A stretch of 63,988 nucleotides of DNA, counting the filler, from Octopus bimaculoides (Eukaryota), in NCBI RefSeq assembly GCF_001194135.2. It is 7 parts of 5 records of this genome, joined end to end, with 100 filler letters (N's around TTAATTAATTAA, not from the genome) between each part and the next. Parts side by side here need not be neighbours in the genome. Positions count along the whole stretch, not along the records: positions 56,523 to 62,771 come from NC_068983.1; positions 62,872 to 63,988 come from NC_068982.1; 5 more parts are not named here. The stretch is one strand, 5' to 3'. The position numbers and the translations under genes are program-made. A model generated the notes under the pieces. That model did not search any database and was not told where the DNA came from. It was given only the letters and a program-made list of their open reading frames with translations. Position 1 is the first letter of the stretch; each line of letters opens with the position of its first letter. Shown here piece by piece: positions 61,907 to 63,988 of the stretch.

Positions 61907-61963
<57 letters not shown>

Positions 61964-61977
61964 GTATATATATATAG

Positions 61978-62026
<49 letters not shown>

Positions 62027-62424
62027 ACAATATATAAGGGAATGTAAAATTCCAAACATACAGGAATATTCAATTTAGTACTATCAAATTTAATTTTATA
62101 ATAAATAATATATGTATATAAATATAATTTTGAGTTCACAAGAGATCATTGATAAGATAAGTGATGCCGTTTATTTTATTAATAATGTTTAGCGTTCGAA
62201 TTTATTTATCTAATAACACTATCTTTTTATATGTATTTCTGTTAATAAAGATGTTTACCACTAGTCCACAGATATTATTTTAGATGAATCATACCTTTAA
62301 CTTGAATGATTAGTATTAAGCGTTTGCATTTCATTTATTGTACAAATGAGAGCTTTCCTACAAGGACTGATTTTTTTATTATTTATTTAGTAAGATACGT
62401 TATTTGAATTCTTATTTTTCCTGA

Positions 62425-62530
62425 GACCTGAGAAGTGACCGTATTTTGAGTAAAATATAATCTTGATCAATTTGTTATGAACTGAACTGGTTTTTTCTAC
62501 TATAATGTGGCCACGAAACGCGCGTAGTCA
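62425..62530 (+). ncRNA. Degenerate hammerhead-like motif with long stem II insert
   Basis: GAC-CTGAGAA-GTGACC(68 nt)GGCCAC-GAAA-CGCGCG-TA-GTC: palindromic stem III, GUA site, 3-bp helix I, and one nucleotide missing from the core. Confidence 0.4.
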
Positions 62531-62734
62531 ACACTTTACATTCTATTTTGTCAATTTACTCAGTTGAATTAAATTTTTAGTGCAGTAATTTATAGATTTT
62601 TATGGATTTTATACTTTCCTTTAGATTTTATAGATTTTTAAGTTAGTATTTTGTAGAATACGGTTTTCTTGATGGTGATTGGTCTCCTTCATTGTTTGAA
62701 TTGTATATCGGTGTTTCTTCTTTAAATTATATTC

Positions 62735-62771
<37 letters not shown>

Positions 62772-63988
62772 NNNNNNNNNNNNNNNNNNNNNNNNNNNNN
62801 NNNNNNNNNNNNNNNTTAATTAATTAANNNNNNNNNNNNNNNNNNNNNNNNNNNNNNNNNNNNNNNNNNNNTAATGGAGCAGGGGAAGTTTTAACATAAG
62901 GCACCTAGGTCAAAAGTATATAAAATAAAGTTGCTATATTGTGTACAGATACAGTAAATGTTTATTCATAGTTTTCATTAATCAGAATAATGTATCAGTA
63001 TTGTTTTACATATGCTAAGTTTGAAATACTTGAGATACCAATATTTGCTTAATTAATATGTGAATAAATAAAAGCTAATTATAAATTAATAATGAAATAA
63101 AAAGAAATAGTGTATAGTAATGTAAATAATCAATCAATGCAGTATGCAAAAACCATGAAGTGGTATTAATTTAAAATGCTATGGTAAAGTACATTTAGAC
63201 TTATTTACACCAATATAAGGAATTACACGCTGTTTCAAATTAATCATACATCCCAAGTAAATATAATTATCAGTTATAGTACTTATTGTGCATTTATACA
63301 CTACGGTTCGGGTGAGACATCGGCCTAATAATGGACAACAGGACTTATTTCTACAATAAGATGTGAAATGAAATTTTTCTTTTTATATATTGGACTAAAG
63401 ATTGTTTAAAAATTTAACTTATATGTCTAATATCATTTAAAGGACACATAAGAGATAAAATTTATAACTAATGTAAAGAATTAATACATAGGATTTACAT
63501 GGTTTATAATGATGGACTCATCAAGGTTTAAGAAACTGATAAAATGAATGATTGAAATTAACATAGAATATAATGGTAAACTAAACTACTAATAGAGAAC
63601 ATGATAATTATGTACTAATTTAATTAGATCACACTATCTTAAATTATCAGGAACTTGTATTAACTAACATGGGCTAAGTACAAAATAATAATGGAACAAG
63701 GATTAGATTTATTTAAGTCACCCATAAAATAATAATAATACTATAACAACAATGGAATAACATGAATCCTTTAGGGTCATGCATCAAATAAAATTTTAAA
63801 AGGTTTGAAAACTATCAGAAACTATTAAGAAATTTCAAAACATCCTATTCATTTAAGTTAGGTAAGATACACACTAAACTAACAGCAATAGCAAAAGTGA
63901 TATGAAAAAAATTTAAGTAAAACCATATATCATCCATGGATAATGTTAAAATTTTAGTTTTCACAGGAAGGTGCCACGCAATGGGACT

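Noticed and set aside
62295-62334. Possible first coding exon of the EGF gene (MKCKRLILIIQVK, GTATGA donor, phase 1)
   Set aside because: Poor signal peptide and it lies near repeat-like sequence; easily arises by chance without RNA data.

Overview
Very AT-rich, microsatellite-dense metazoan DNA with many N gaps. The SINE families and repeat landscape look like an octopus (coleoid cephalopod) genome; this is inference from recall, not a database hit. Almost all ORFs in the supplied track are microsatellite or gap artefacts. Real coding signal is small and spliced: one plus-strand fibronectin type III half-domain exon (24359-24499) and, missed by the ORF track, three tandem 111-bp phase 1-1 minus-strand exons (60476-60586, 59313-59423, 57106-57216). 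Each of the three encodes a strongly cationic, acid-free EGF module and sits in its own copy of a ~0.55-kb duplicated unit. The rest is mostly transposon fossils: several tRNA-derived SINE families, RTE LINE pieces, four R4/Dong-like RLE non-LTR fragments ending in (AAT)n, a Penelope-like element, a Ty3/Gypsy remnant with PPT and 3' LTR, a DD37D maT-type Tc1/mariner, a Tigger/pogo fossil and hAT/foldback MITEs with 8-bp TSDs. Notable non-coding structure includes six minimal type I hammerhead-ribozyme-like motifs tied to Penelope-like remnants, three long inverted repeats, a foldback element carrying TTAGGG repeats and a SINE-derived higher-order tandem array.
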